Shown: positions 20,923-32,459, counted from the stretch's first letter. The stretch: 64,000 bases of DNA from Blastocladiella emersonii ATCC 22665 (GCA_025594325.1 JANHCV010000007.1:682001-746000); one strand, 5' to 3'. Made by a program: numbers and translations. The notes: generated from the letters alone by a model not told the origin.

Positions 20923-21384
20923 GGCGGCGGCTCGATGGGCAGAACGCCGCGCCGCGCTCTCCGCTCGCTCTTCTCTCCCAGCACCGCGACGACGCTGATG
21001 AGAGAGTCACACACGACACATGCAGCGAATGAAGCACACGCTGCAACCTGCTTGTTAGCATCGCTGGGTCGCGCCACCGGCGCCGCTGGCGGCGTCCAGC
21101 TGGGCCGACCTCGCGCTCACGCCCGAGGCGGTCGCCAGCAGACCTTGACCTTAACGTCGACCCGGCTCGTCGCGCAACCGCGAGGCGGAGAGCCAGAGCA
21201 ACTTGTCAGGAGATTTCGATCATGCGGGAGGGAGTCGCGCCCACATGGGCTTTGTTCTGCAGGGACGGGGAGAGAGGAACAAGGCATGTCCTCGTGTCGT
21301 CGCTGCAAACATAGACGAGCGCCGCCGCCACCGCTGCTCCACGCTCCCTCCTCCGCGCCCATGCATCGCTCTTGAGCATCAAAC

Positions 21385-23393
21385 ATGTCATCGTCCGATT
21401 GCTCTGTCCTGAACGAGTTTCAGTTCACCACCGGCAAGAAGCCCACGGCTAGCAACTGCTGCGAGTGGCCGAGTGTCGCTTGCGATGCCGGCGGGAAGAT
21501 CGTCAAGCTGTACGCGCTGCTCGACCGAGCGCTAGTTACCGCGCGTCTCGATCGCTGACACTCTCTTCCTCCTGCGGCTCGTTAGGAACCTGGTCGAGGG
21601 CATGCTCATTGGCGCGATCCCGCCGACGATCGGTAGCCTGACCGCGCTCGAGGAGCTGTACGTCTGTTTCCAGCTCGAAAAGCACGACATCGCACAGCCG
21701 TTGACTCGCGCTCCCTTGACCAATAGCCGACTCTTCGACAATGACCTCCGCAGCGCCATCCCGCGGAGCATTGGCAATCTGACCAACCTCAAGGTCCTGT
21801 ACGGCTGTTGATGCGATTCCGCCTTGGTCTTGTCGCTGACCCTCGCGCCGTCTAGCGACATGGGCGGCAACAAACTCGTCGAGTCGATCCCGAATGAGAT
21901 TGGCGGTCTGGTCAGGCTCGAGGAGCTGTACGGATCCCCTCAATTGCTCGCCCTGAGGCCGTAGCTGACCTTGATCGTCTTTCGAGTAGGCTGATCGCCA
22001 ACAACACGCTGACCGGCGAGATCCCGCGGACCATCGGCAACCTCAAGAGCCTCAAGAAGATGTACGTCTCGCGCTCGCGCAACTCGCGCAGTGCCGCGCA
22101 ACTGACTGATATTGCGTTCGGCTTCCAGTGATCTGTGGGTCAACGGGCTCAAGGACAAGATCCCCGACGAGATCTGCGACCTCGGCCGCCTGGAAGAGCT
22201 GTACGTTGCCTCACTTGGACTGTTTAGCTCGCGGCAGGGGTATCATGCACTGACGCTGTTTACAGGCGACTGTACAACAATACGCTGACCGGCGAGATCC
22301 CGCGCAACATCAACAAGCTGTTGAACCTGCGAGTCCTGTACGGCTAGCGTGCTCTGACGCGCTTCCGCTCTCGCTATGCTAGTCATATCTGCTCACCTTC
22401 GCTTGTCCGCGTGTAGCTCCCTCACGCGCAACTCGCTCACCGGCGAGATTCCTGTCGCCCTGTTTGAGCTCAAGGGCCTCATGCGCCTGTACGTCGTTCA
22501 AGTCTTGAACATGTCACACTCGCAGGCTTACGCATGAGCCGTCTTTAGCAATCTCGGTTTCAACGGCTTCAATGGCACGATCCCGCCCGCGGTGAGCTAC
22601 TTGGAGAAGCTCGAGTTCCTGTACGTTTGGACTCGCTTGACCCGAGGTCAACTTGCTCGCTTGGGCTCACGCATGTGCTGCGTTTACGTAGCGATTTCGA
22701 CACAAACAAGTTCACGGGAACCGTCCCTGCCTCAATCAGCAACCTCAAGAACCTCAAGCGCCTGTACGTGACCTTAATCCTGCTCAAACGTGGCATCGTT
22801 GACTGGTTCGCTGCCTCGCGTAGGAAACTCGAGGGTAACCAGTTCTCGGGCCCGCTTCCCGCGCTTCCTCGCGCAAGGTACACTGTTACTTGACCGCGTC
22901 CGCCGGCGCTCGCTCACCGCCCACCCCGTGCTGTAGCGACAACTGCACCATCCTCGGCAAGGAGCGCGAGGGCAACAAGTTCTTGTGCTTTCTCGGCACC
23001 ACTCGCGAGGGCAAGTGTTTCGAGGAGCAGAACGCCGCCCTCAAGGACCTGCCGACGGTTTGCCCCACATCAGCCGCGACGCTAAGCCCGACTTCGCTCC
23101 CCGAATCCGCGGGATCGGCTACCCCGCTCATCTTGGGCATCGCGATCCCCGCCGCGCTCGTGCTTGCTGTCGCTGCGTTTCTCCTGATCCGGCACCGTGG
23201 TCGCTCAGCGCCCACCACCGACGACAAACCAGCACCGCGTGCGGCCGCCATGGCTCCCGCTGCACCTGCCGTGTTCGATCCCGAAGCCCTGTACCTTCCG
23301 GCTACTACCGCACCGCCGCCGAGTCAGGGCCCGCGTGCGGCCGAGTCGGACGACGTGCTTTACCTCCCGACCCAGGCCGCGCTGTACAAGTAG
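21385..23393 (+). CDS. plant-type LRR receptor-like protein: Cys cap, ~10 LRRs, Cys region, single TM helix, short tail; 12 exons
   Basis: Exon 1 21385-21509 (NCCEWPSVAC cap); 72-nt exons 21586-21657, 21727-21798, 21856-21927, 21990-22061, 22129-22200, 22266-22337, 22417-22488, 22549-22620, 22692-22763 each encode LxxNxLxGxIPxxIxxLxxL; then 22824-22877 and 22937-23393 with TM LILGIAIPAALVLAVAAFLLI followed by RHRGR. Confidence 0.93.
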
Positions 23394-23882
23394 TTGATGT
23401 AATTGCTTTTATGAGGCGTGTAAAAGCGTAGATATAGACAGTTTCGTGTTGCTTGGATCACACTTGTACGCGTGAGCGGTTGGCTGACTGCTACGAAAGG
23501 AATTCGGCGATCACAGCTTGCCGTCGAATCCTGTTTGTAATGAGAGCTTTAAACTTTCAACTCAACTGTACTTGAGCATGAAACGGCCAACAACGAAAAG
23601 ACGATGAGGAACTTGGACGCGATGCGCCACACACGTGATGTGGCGCAACGCCTCTCACCGGCTGGCGACAGTCTCGGCCGGTTCGCGGAACATCCACCCC
23701 TACCTGTAGTCAAGTGAGCGCCCGTGACCGCAACCAACAGGGCGAACCGAGGCATGGGTACGCGACAGGTGCGAGACGCGCCGATTGACGCGTTTTGGCG
23801 AGCGAAGCTCGCGTGTTCAAGAGTTCAAATTGATGGGCAAGGTTTTTTTTTCATTGATCGAAGGGTATATTCATCATTCCGG

Positions 23883-25276
23883 CTAGAATCGTTTCCGATG
23901 TTGCAGAATTGCCTTCAACTGAGCTTCCCCACCCAGGGTCACCAAAGTATCCCTCACATCAACCGTCAGCCCCCAAGGAACCGTCTTGACCTTGAAGGCA
24001 CCGACAATCGAGTCGTCCACTCGGTTTCCAGCAATGAAGAGCCACATAGGTGATCCGCGGAGGGACGGAGCGAGCTGGGCAATTCCGTCGAAGTTTATGC
24101 CACAACTGGTCAAGTTGAGCTTGTGCAGCGATGCCGCAAGGTTCAACTTGCTGAGCCGCGAAAACTTGCGCTCGAATAGTTTGAGCGGAGAGCCAACAGT
24201 GTGGATCGGATTTTCATGCAGTTCTAGCTCTACGATAGAGTTTGAAAGTGACATAATGAAGAGACTGGCCGCCTCCGGCATGAGGTCGCACGCACTGAGG
24301 TCAAGGATTTCAAGGCCCATGAGACGTATGAGGCTACTCGACAGCGCGAGCGTGGTCTCAAGTGTGAACGTATTACCTCCGAGCTTGAGCTTAACGAGGC
24401 CTTCTGGAAGGCGCGACACGACGGCAAGTAGGGAAGCGGAGCAGTGCCAAAGCATTTACTGAGTTCCAGTGATTTGAGCGTTGCTGGAACGGCATTCATG
24501 AGCGCCGCAGAAACCTTGGCGTTCAACGGCGTTTCCGACAAGTCCAGAGAGTGAAGAGTTTCCGGAAACGGGGGCAAACGAACTGTTGAGGTGGACATGG
24601 GGAGCCCGCTTGAAGAGACGCACAAGTGCAAGAGAGCGTGGGGAAGCCGCTGCAGAAGCAGTTCAAGCTTATCTACGCGATTGTAAGGCAGGTTCAACTC
24701 GGTTACGGAATCAGGCAAGTTGAGTTCATAAGAGGCAAGCGCGCAATTGAGTAGTGCGATACCGCAGGAGCGATTCGTTGGTCCCGCACAAGGATCGTGT
24801 CCGAATGGTCCAAAGCAACGTAATCAAAGATTCCAGCAATTGCTGGGTCCCCAGGTGCGACCCCTTTCGCGGGAACTCGAGCACCTGACACAGAATCAAG
24901 CGCAACCAAGTTCCTGTGACGGGTTCGCGGGGAGGACGATGGCCGACTTGTTTGCGCGCCAAAAGGCAAGAACGCCATTGTGACTAAGACGAACGGCCTC
25001 GAGCACCTCCTCGTGGTCAATGCTGAAGCCCTGCCCACTGCACACGCGCAGGTGCTCAAGCAACGCCGCGTTGCCACTCCGAGTAGCACTTTTGGTGTTG
25101 AGAGTCGGGCAACGATGCAGGACGGCCACCGTAACGTTTGGGATATGAGCACGCGGCTTCACGCGGAGGTACGGTCGCGTGCTGTGTCAGTCGTCTGCGG
25201 GATGGAGACGAACAGCACGAACGAGAATGTCCTCGACGATATCACTAACAGCAAGGTAGGGTTGCATTGGTTGCAT
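23883..25276 (-). pseudogene. RNI-like LRR gene with F-box/ankyrin-like N-terminus, disrupted
   Basis: MQPMQPYLAVSDIVEDILVRAVRLHP, in-frame TGA 25187-25189, ATRSGNAALLEHL, then LRR segments (LPDSVTELNLPYN, FPETLHSLDLSET, LPEGLVKLKLGGN, LEILDLSAC, LHKLNLTSC) distributed over different frames. Confidence 0.65.
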
Positions 25277-25446
25277 GATGATCTAGTTCGTGTGGTGGGA
25301 GAGCGAGAGGCGGATGAGACGCGCACTGAGTCGCTGTAGGGTACTGAATTGCGTGTATCGCGACGACTTGCAAGTATGCAGCGTGCACGTCACAGCTGAG
25401 CCACGACTGCGCCACCACCTGAGCAACTAACCAAACACTACTATAT

Positions 25447-26010
25447 TCAAAGAATAGTTTGCGTCCCAAACTCGTGACCCATCTTGGCCTGATAGTTGAG
25501 CCAGAACATGCTTGGAACGTAAATTGTGAACATCCAGCGCCCCAACGTTGGTTTGTAGCATAAACGGTTCGAATCCTTGTCCATGGAAGGAGGAGGCAGC
25601 CCCCTCAACGACCTTGAAGTGTTGACATCGCTTGAGGGGGTACCCTCGGGCGGCGTGACCAGCGGCAGGAGAAGCTCAAGGTGGTCAAGAATGCTGGTCA
25701 GGTTGCAGTGCCGCTCAGCGGAAAACTGGAGCTTGGTTCCAGTCAGGGCCCAGGCCAAGTCTGTTGTGAAGAGCTGCAGCTTGAAAGCCTCGGACCTTGA
25801 TATTTCAAACATGAAGGTGGGGGGCTCCTCAAGACACGGATGTGGGCAGGAATGCAGTGTTTTCAGCGGTACATGGCCTGACCGCGGTGCTGAGATGCCT
25901 ACAGAAAGGGAGCACGGTTACCGACTAGTGGCTAATACTCACACATGGTTGCAAAATGCTCGAGCTTGTTGCAAATCAAACACAAACGCCGTGGGCACGT
26001 ACCAGGTTTG
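25447..26010 (-). pseudogene. degenerate coding relic of unknown family
   Basis: 121-aa open segment ...PPTFMFEISRSEAFKLQLFTTDLAW...; probable intron remnant (GTGAGT...CTGTAG) upstream; frame is broken. Confidence 0.25.
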
Positions 26011-26285
26011 AAGCGTGAAACCGACAGCGGGGCATTATTGGTTCCCGAGGTGGTAGTATCGCACGCGGCGACTCCAACTGGACTTGACGGGCACGCTCCT
26101 GACATTGAGTTTCACTTCCTTTGACAGCTTGTCTGAGCAGTAAGCGATTGAGGACTCAAGTCGTATTATGAGATAGCGGGGGCGGCAAGTCTATTGGGGA
26201 GTCTCCATGCTTTGTAAGTCCTCCCTGCCACCACGAGATGCGCGATTCATTTTGGGCGGCACATGACTGCGCCACATGAGCCACT

Positions 26286-27014
26286 GTGTGCTGGGCCACC
26301 CACGTGCTGCGCTGTGACTCAGTTACGCGTCAAATACTGCAACAATCATTCACGCAGAGGCGTTTATATTCTTGGCGACGTATATATATGAAAATGATTA
26401 ACGAATACGCACATCTGCTGAGCTGGTGCTCAGCGTTGGGACAACCTGTTGAAGTGGAATACTTCATGTGGGTGAGGTCGCTGCTGACAAGCCGCGCCTA
26501 TTTCATTTGCTGACAGATATTCGCGCGAGGGAATGCAGAGATAAATCCGGAGATAATTATCATCCTTGATACTTGTCCAGATAGACAGACGCAGGCTGGG
26601 GAAGGTGAGGGACAAGGATGATTTCTGCTCAGCAGTCTTGGAAGGCAAATAAGGATTCAGACATTTGTCAACTTCTTCAAGGGACGGGGGGATCATGCCC
26701 ACTTCCTCGCCTACTTCGAGAGCGTCAAGAACCGCTACGCGCAGCTGTTCCCCGGCCCCCCTTCAACCGTCCCCCGCCCAGAACGCGTGGCGAGTCAGCA
26801 GCTCGTCCCCTCGCCCTGCCGGCCACGGTCACCACGACCGACCCGGCCCCCACAAGCGAGGTGTCACCTACCGACTCGACCAAGTCCGCCAGCTCGGACA
26901 AGGCGGTCGTGGGCTCCAAGTAGGGCGTCGTGGGCTCCAAGTAGGGCGGCGTGCGCCCGTAAGGCCATCACCATGCGGCGCGACGCCTCCAAGTCCAAGT
27001 CCAAGTCCAAGTGA
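26286..27014 (+). CDS. hypothetical spliced protein (lower-GC island)
   Basis: Open frame 26286- followed by two GTGAGG...CAG candidate introns with a CTGAC branch; downstream exon open to 26923 or 27014 depending on phase. Confidence 0.35.
26906..26947 (+). repeat. perfect 21-bp tandem duplication (GTCGTGGGCTCCAAGTAGGGC x2)
   Basis: Read directly; (TCCAAG)x4 follows at 26988-27011. Confidence 0.9.
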
Positions 27015-27098
27015 CCCCCGTCATGGCGTATCTGGTATTTTTCGTTGTCCGTTAAGAAATATTTGTCTATTCATCACATTTTCATCTCTGCTGTGCTA

Positions 27099-27545
27099 TC
27101 ACTTCACGTCGCTCTCAGCGCCCTTGTGCGAAGGATTTGCTTTCGCAACTGAGTGCGGCACAAAACTCCAAAAGCCTCTGAGTCCCCAGCTCGATGCAGC
27201 ACCGATACGTGCGGGGGAAGCGAGATCGCGAGGAACTGGCTCCCGTACTTGTTCAAGCACCGAGAAAAGATGGACGAGCAGCTCGTCGACCGATGGTTGC
27301 TCACCAAGGTCGGATTCTTGCATCACGGTCCCAGTGAGGTGCCAAGTAATCTTAAGCAATCGATTGTAATTGGACTGCTTCTCGAGGGTCACTTTGGTGG
27401 GCGTGGGCGCTTTTGGAATTGCGTGATACGGACGCTCGCGCATCGTTCGACGAGGGAGAGCGGCGGCATGCGCCTGAACTGAGGCCGATGCGTGGTCAGC
27501 CTTGAGCAGGGCCAGCGCTGAGGGACCATCGCTGACCGTGGACAT
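27099..27545 (-). CDS. hypothetical protein
   Basis: Open frame MSTVSDGPSALALLKADH...EQPSVDELLVHLFSVLEQV...; no recognised domain. Confidence 0.3.
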   Translation of the reverse strand: MSTVSDGPSALALLKADHASASVQAHAAALPRRTMRERPYHAIPKAPTPTKVTLEKQSNYNRLLKITWHLTGTVMQESDLGEQPSVDELLVHLFSVLEQVREPVPRDLASPARIGAASSWGLRGFWSFVPHSVAKANPSHKGAESDVK

Positions 27546-27827
27546 GGTGCAGCAGAACGAGAGGAAGACCAGTCGAACTTGCACGCGAGAATTCTTTTGC
27601 TTCGCGTGGTCCTTGGACCTCGTTGGCGACCGGGTAGGCAGTGTTGAGCAAGCGAGCAGGATTGGGGGAGACGAGGGGTTAGTCTTGCTGCCATGGTTCA
27701 AGGCTCGTAACGGAGCTTCGTGCACTCTCTACCGAGCAAGCCGCTTAAGGTCACGATTAGAATTCACGAAAATGAACATCGGAGCTCAGCGGCGCGATCC
27801 CTCGCGCCAGGCCGTGATGATGTGACG

Positions 27828-28920
27828 TCATGCGTCACGCACGCACACGCGTCGCAGTCGTCGCGCGATGCGCCTCGACGCCGCGCCCGCAAGCCCGAAC
27901 ACGAACACGAACACGAACCCAAACACGGCCAGCGGAGGAAGCGCGACTTGATGCAATGGGCGAAATGGACCAGGAACACCTTGAAGGCCTCGGAGTGGCG
28001 GTCCGACTTGGTGAGCGCGAGCGGAGCATGTCGAGCGCGCGAGTAACAGCGACTTGCCAAACAGCGACTTGCCGAACAGCGAGCCGACGACCCGACACCG
28101 GCCGAGTACATGCACTAGGACGACGGGCTCGGCGTGCTCGGGACCGCGAGGTGATGTGAGCGAACGCCGGCGAGTGCTTGGCCGCGATCTGGCTGGACCT
28201 TGGTTGGTGTCGAAGCCGACCGAGACCTGAAAGCATAGGGATCAGTCGAGGTCCTCGAGCAGAAATCCATCAAGCACAAGCGTATTACGTGAGACATGTC
28301 CTTGGTCACGACGACGACGGCGCCCTTGGGCGCGAGTGCGCGGAGCTTAGGGTCGAGGAACAGCTTGCGCGCGACGAGGTGGACGACGGTCGCCTGTGCG
28401 CAGAGCAGGGTGAGCTCGCTAGCCCGACAAAAGCGAGAAGCCGCGCGAGCGTACCGTTACCAAAAAGCCCTTGACGCTAACTTGACGAGGCAAACTTGAG
28501 GTGATAGCAGCCGGACCGACCTCGAGCCCCGCCACTGGTACGCCCGCGCGACGACGACAGGGCAGGCTCTACACGCGGAGCTGAGGTTGAGCGACCACGA
28601 GTCCGATGGCACGCGGCAGCTCCACTGGCACACCTTGAGCGCGGCCGCGGTGGTCTACCTCGCGGTTCTCCTGGCGGCCGAGCGAGTAGTCGGCGGGCGG
28701 GCGAGCGGGTGAGGTCCGTGCCGCGAAGCGCTTGGCGTCGAGCGGGTCGAGGTCGTAGAATAGCGCGAGCGTGGGAGCCGCCGCTCGTGGCGGTGAACGT
28801 GAAAGGCGCGCCGGTGCGCCACACGCCGTCGTTGACGCCCATCGACGCCGCGCAGCGCCGAGTCAGTCGCGCAGGGCCGCGGCGACGGCGACGGGCTCAC
28901 CTCACCATCCCCTCGAGTCG
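27828..28920 (-). CDS. possible spliced hypothetical gene or relic
   Basis: Candidate GT-AG introns join LALFYDLDPLDAKRF, ...VSVKGFL|ATVVHLVARKLFLDPKLRALAPKGAVVVVTKDMSH|VSVGFD; start and end unresolved. Confidence 0.25.
28047..28083 (+). repeat. 15-bp tandem repeat (ACAGCGACTTGCCRA, ~2.4 copies)
   Basis: acagcgacttgccaa acagcgacttgccga acagcga. Confidence 0.8.
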
Positions 28921-29427
28921 GGCGAGCATGACAAAGTCGAAGTCTACACGAGGGAGCGGGCGGAAGGAAATGGATGGCCGTGACGACCAGTGGGGGGTCA
29001 GCGACGCGCTGAACACGCCAAAAATCAGCCGCCAGCGTATCGTACCGGCGAGCGAGGGGCGGCGACGGCGTAAACGCGCGCGGGCGGTTGGGCGGACCAT
29101 GCTAGATGCGAGGTTGAGTACTCGTGAGTGAGGCGTCGGCCAGAACGGCGTGTTACCTTGGCGGCGTACCTTGATGCCGAACGTGATTTCGCCCAGTCAG
29201 CCGGACGGCGGCGTGCGCGCAGCGGCGGCCTCGCGGCTCGGCGGGAGTGTACGGCGGCCGGTGTGTGCAGCAGCAGCCGAGGGCGCGCGCGGCGGCGGTC
29301 GAGCCTTACATGGGCGGGCGAGCGCATCGTCGTCGTTTCATGGATGGAGCCAGCAGGCGGGAGAGCGGGCGCGATCGCCGTCGAGGGCGAGGTGGGCCCG
29401 TCCCGTCCGGTTGCAGCCAGTGGGAAC

Positions 29428-29466
29428 ATTTTATATTTTATTTTATATTTTATTTTATTTTTTATT
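29428..29466. repeat. pure A/T microsatellite (ATTTT/ATTTTAT units)
   Basis: 39 consecutive A/T bases in GC-rich surroundings. Confidence 0.9.
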
Positions 29467-30007
29467 GCGGGTGCGATGAGGGCGGGGACGGCGCCGGTGG
29501 GAGCCAGCGGGGCGGCGGTCTCACCGGGCGGTCGCTGCTGCGCGAGCGCGAGCGGAACGCGCGTTTGAGCAACGCGTGCGGGAGCCGTGTGGCGCAGGGT
29601 GGCGTTTGCGGGTGGCGTTCGCGGGTGGCGCGGCTCTCGGGGAGCTGGTTCGCGTTTCTCCCAGCCGGATCCGACCCGAACGTTGGGATCGTATCCCGGG
29701 CGAGTGTTCGGTGGGCTATCCTCGAGCTGTGGAAGAGTGAAGGGCTCGTGGCGAGCGGAACCGACGGTGGTTGGTTCTGTTGGGCAGGGACCCGAACAAC
29801 TGCGAAGGGGAAGGGAGGACCTTCACAGGAACTGCAGCCTCGACTGAAGCAAGGGACGCAGCCGTGGCAGGCCATCAACGATACGACTTCGTCCATGAGA
29901 GAAGCCGAGCGGATTTTCCAGCGAGCCCGCGGCATCATATGCGGCGCGGTCAGCTTCGCTTTCCCTGGCCATCGCAACCGAGAAGCTCCGCGAGGAATGA
30001 GATCTAT

Positions 30008-31314
30008 TCAGTACCGCGGAAACGACGGATCGACCTGCTCACTCCACGCCTCGAGCCCACCCGCCACGTCGGCGCACTCGATTCCGGCGGCGCGTAGGTC
30101 GTTCACCGCGCGCTGGCTGTCGTTGCCGCGGCGGCACAGCACCAGCACCTCGGCCTTTCCCTGCGTCAGCCCGCGCACCTCGCCGAGCCGCTTGCCAAGC
30201 TGGCGGTACGGCACGTTGACGGACCCGGGCAGGTGCGCGATCGCAAACTGCACCGGCTCGCGCACGTCGAGAAGGAGCACCTGGTTGCCGCCGTCCACAC
30301 CCAAATCTCGGGACGCGAGGTCGCGCGGCGAGATGCGGTGCTCGGGCGGGAGCAGCTGCAGCGCGGGCGCCTTGTCGAGCGCGCCCGACCCGCAGAACGC
30401 GGCGTAGTCGTCCATTGGCCGCGTGATGGTCGGCGTGTCGCCACACACGGCGCAGGACGCCTGCCGCACGCGCAGCCGGACCGTGCGGAACGTGCCCGCC
30501 CACGCGTCGACGGCGAGCATGCGGCCCGCGTACGTCACCGGCTCCGGGACTGCGGCAGAGTGGACGCCGGCGAGCAGCACCTTGATGGCCTCCATGGCCT
30601 GCATCGAGCCCAGCATGCCCGTGACGGGGCCCAGCACGCCGCCGTCGGCGCAGTTGGTCACGGCGGCCGCGGGCGGCGGGCGCGGGAACAGGCACCGGTA
30701 GCACGGGCCGCCCGCAAAGTGGTAGACCGTCAGCTGGCCCTCGGTGCGCAGCGCGGACGCCGACACGAGCGGGCGGCCGAGCAGCACGCACGCGTCGTTG
30801 AGCAGGTACCGCGTCGCCGCGTTGTCGGTGCAGTCGAGCACCACGTCGTACTCTTTGAGGACAGAGAGCGCGTTGGAGGCGTCGAGGACGAGGTCGTGCT
30901 CGACGTACCGCACGCGGCTGTTGAGGGACTCGAGCGCGCGGCGCGCCGACGCCACTTTCGGGGTATTGGTAGCGGCGGCGGCCTCGGTGTGGATGACCTG
31001 GCGGTGCAGGTTGGTGGCGTCGACCGTGTCAAAGTCGACCAGGCCGAGCGTCCCGATCCCCGCCGCGGCGAGGTACATGGCGGCGGGGGCGCCCAGCCCG
31101 CCCGTGCCCACAATCAGCACGCTCGACTGCTTGAGCTTCCTCTGTCCTGGTCGCTGTGGCTGTTAGGGGTCGTGCTGCTCGAGTAGTTGCTCTCGAGGAG
31201 CGCACCCTCGATGCCGAAGGCGGGAATGATCAGCTGCCGGCCGTAGCGCAGGATCTCGTCGTTGTCGAGGACCGGGTCGTGGTTGCGTTGCATCGAGTCC
31301 ATTGCCGTGTCCAT
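30008..31314 (-). CDS. UBA4: UBA4/MOCS3 adenylyltransferase-sulfurtransferase (ThiF + rhodanese); one intron near 31145-31205
   Basis: EILRYGRQLIIP, VLIVGTGGLG, DFDTVDATNLHRQVIH, VLDCTDN, CYRCLFP, CADGGVLG, CAVCG, LLDVRE, active-site CRRGNDSQ, FPRY end. Confidence 0.96.
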
Positions 31315-31486
31315 GGGTGGTTGACGGGGTGCGAGAGACAAAAGTGTCTCGCGGCGCCTGAAGCGAGTGATCAGCGGCATTCGTGCCACGTGCGGTCGGC
31401 CGGAGACGCGTCGACGCGTTCCTCGTCGGTCTTCGCACGCCCTCACTCTCCCGCCCCTCACATACCCGCATGCAATCACAGACACC

Positions 31487-32459
31487 ATGGTCCTCATCCA
31501 CCTCAAGAAAAACGACGCGTCGCTGTTCCTCGCGCAGTGCCCCGCGGCCGGGTCGACCGACGACGCCATCGACGCGCTCGTGCACCTGCACAACGAGCGG
31601 CTGCGCATCGAGCGCCTGTGCGTCGCCGTCGAGGACCTCGCCAAGTACGGCGTCTTCAAGCCGTACGCGCAGCACGGGTACCAGCCCGAGGACCTCGACA
31701 AGTTTGTTGCCGCTGGCGATGCGGAGGAGGAGGCCGGTGGCCAGGAGCAGATCGTGACGCACGAGGGCCGCGAGTACCGCAAAGTCGCCGACCCGACGGG
31801 CCGCCGCACGGGGCTCGCACCGCTGGCGACGTACGCGGCGACGCTCGAGGCGACCGTGGCCGAGGCGCGCGACGCCATCGCGGCCAAGCAGCGCGTCGCG
31901 GCCAAGCACGTCACCACGGCCGACGAGCTGCGCGGCGTCGTCGACCGCCTGCGCGCCGCCGTCGCCATCGCGTACCCGATGGGCATTCCCGAGTACGACT
32001 CAGTCCGCGAGATTCTCGACGGCACCGAGGACCTTGGCGAGACCATCGTGCGTTCGTTCTTGGAAGGGAGTGGTCGCGCGCAACTCACCTCCACCCACGA
32101 AAATGTAGCACGCCAAGGAGGTGCTCGACGCCGCCAACGCGGCGCTGTGGTGGGCGGGCAAGGAGCTGGTGCGCGGCAAGCTGCTGAGCGACTACGTCGG
32201 CCGCAACGACAAGACGACCATCATCGCCAAGCTGGCGCGGCGTGGAATGGGCGCGCCGATGCGCGAGCCCGTCATGGACGAGGCGGCGCAGCGCGAGATG
32301 ATGGCCTTCTACTACCGCAAGCAGGAGGAGCTCAAGCGGCTCGAGGACGACGAGGACGACACGAGCTACACGAGCTCGGCCTGGGCCAACCCGCGGGCGC
32401 TCAAGTCGACGTTCCAGGGGCTCAGCGCCGGCGGGAACGTCGCCTTCCGGCCTCGCTAG
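31487..32459 (+). CDS. CFAP298: cilia- and flagella-associated protein 298 (dynein arm assembly); intron 32048-32108
   Basis: MVLIHLKK, HNERLRIERLC, DPTGRRTG, LRAAVAIAYPMGIPEYDSVR, LWWAGKEL, DYVGRNDKTTIIAKL, PMREPVMDE, MMAFYYRKQEELKRL. Confidence 0.93.

Noticed and set aside
21586-22763. Regularly spaced LRR exons as a CRISPR-like or satellite array
   Set aside because: The periodicity is explained by exon-intron structure; the repeats are conserved at protein level, not as identical DNA repeats with spacers.
21385-23393. Recent horizontal transfer of the LRR receptor from plants
   Set aside because: Intron signals, intron sizes and codon usage match the host; similarity is only to a generic repeat consensus. 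A phylogeny would be needed.
23400-29500. Transposon or endogenous virus in the low-GC island
   Set aside because: No RT, integrase, transposase or capsid motifs, terminal repeats or target-site duplications were recognisable.
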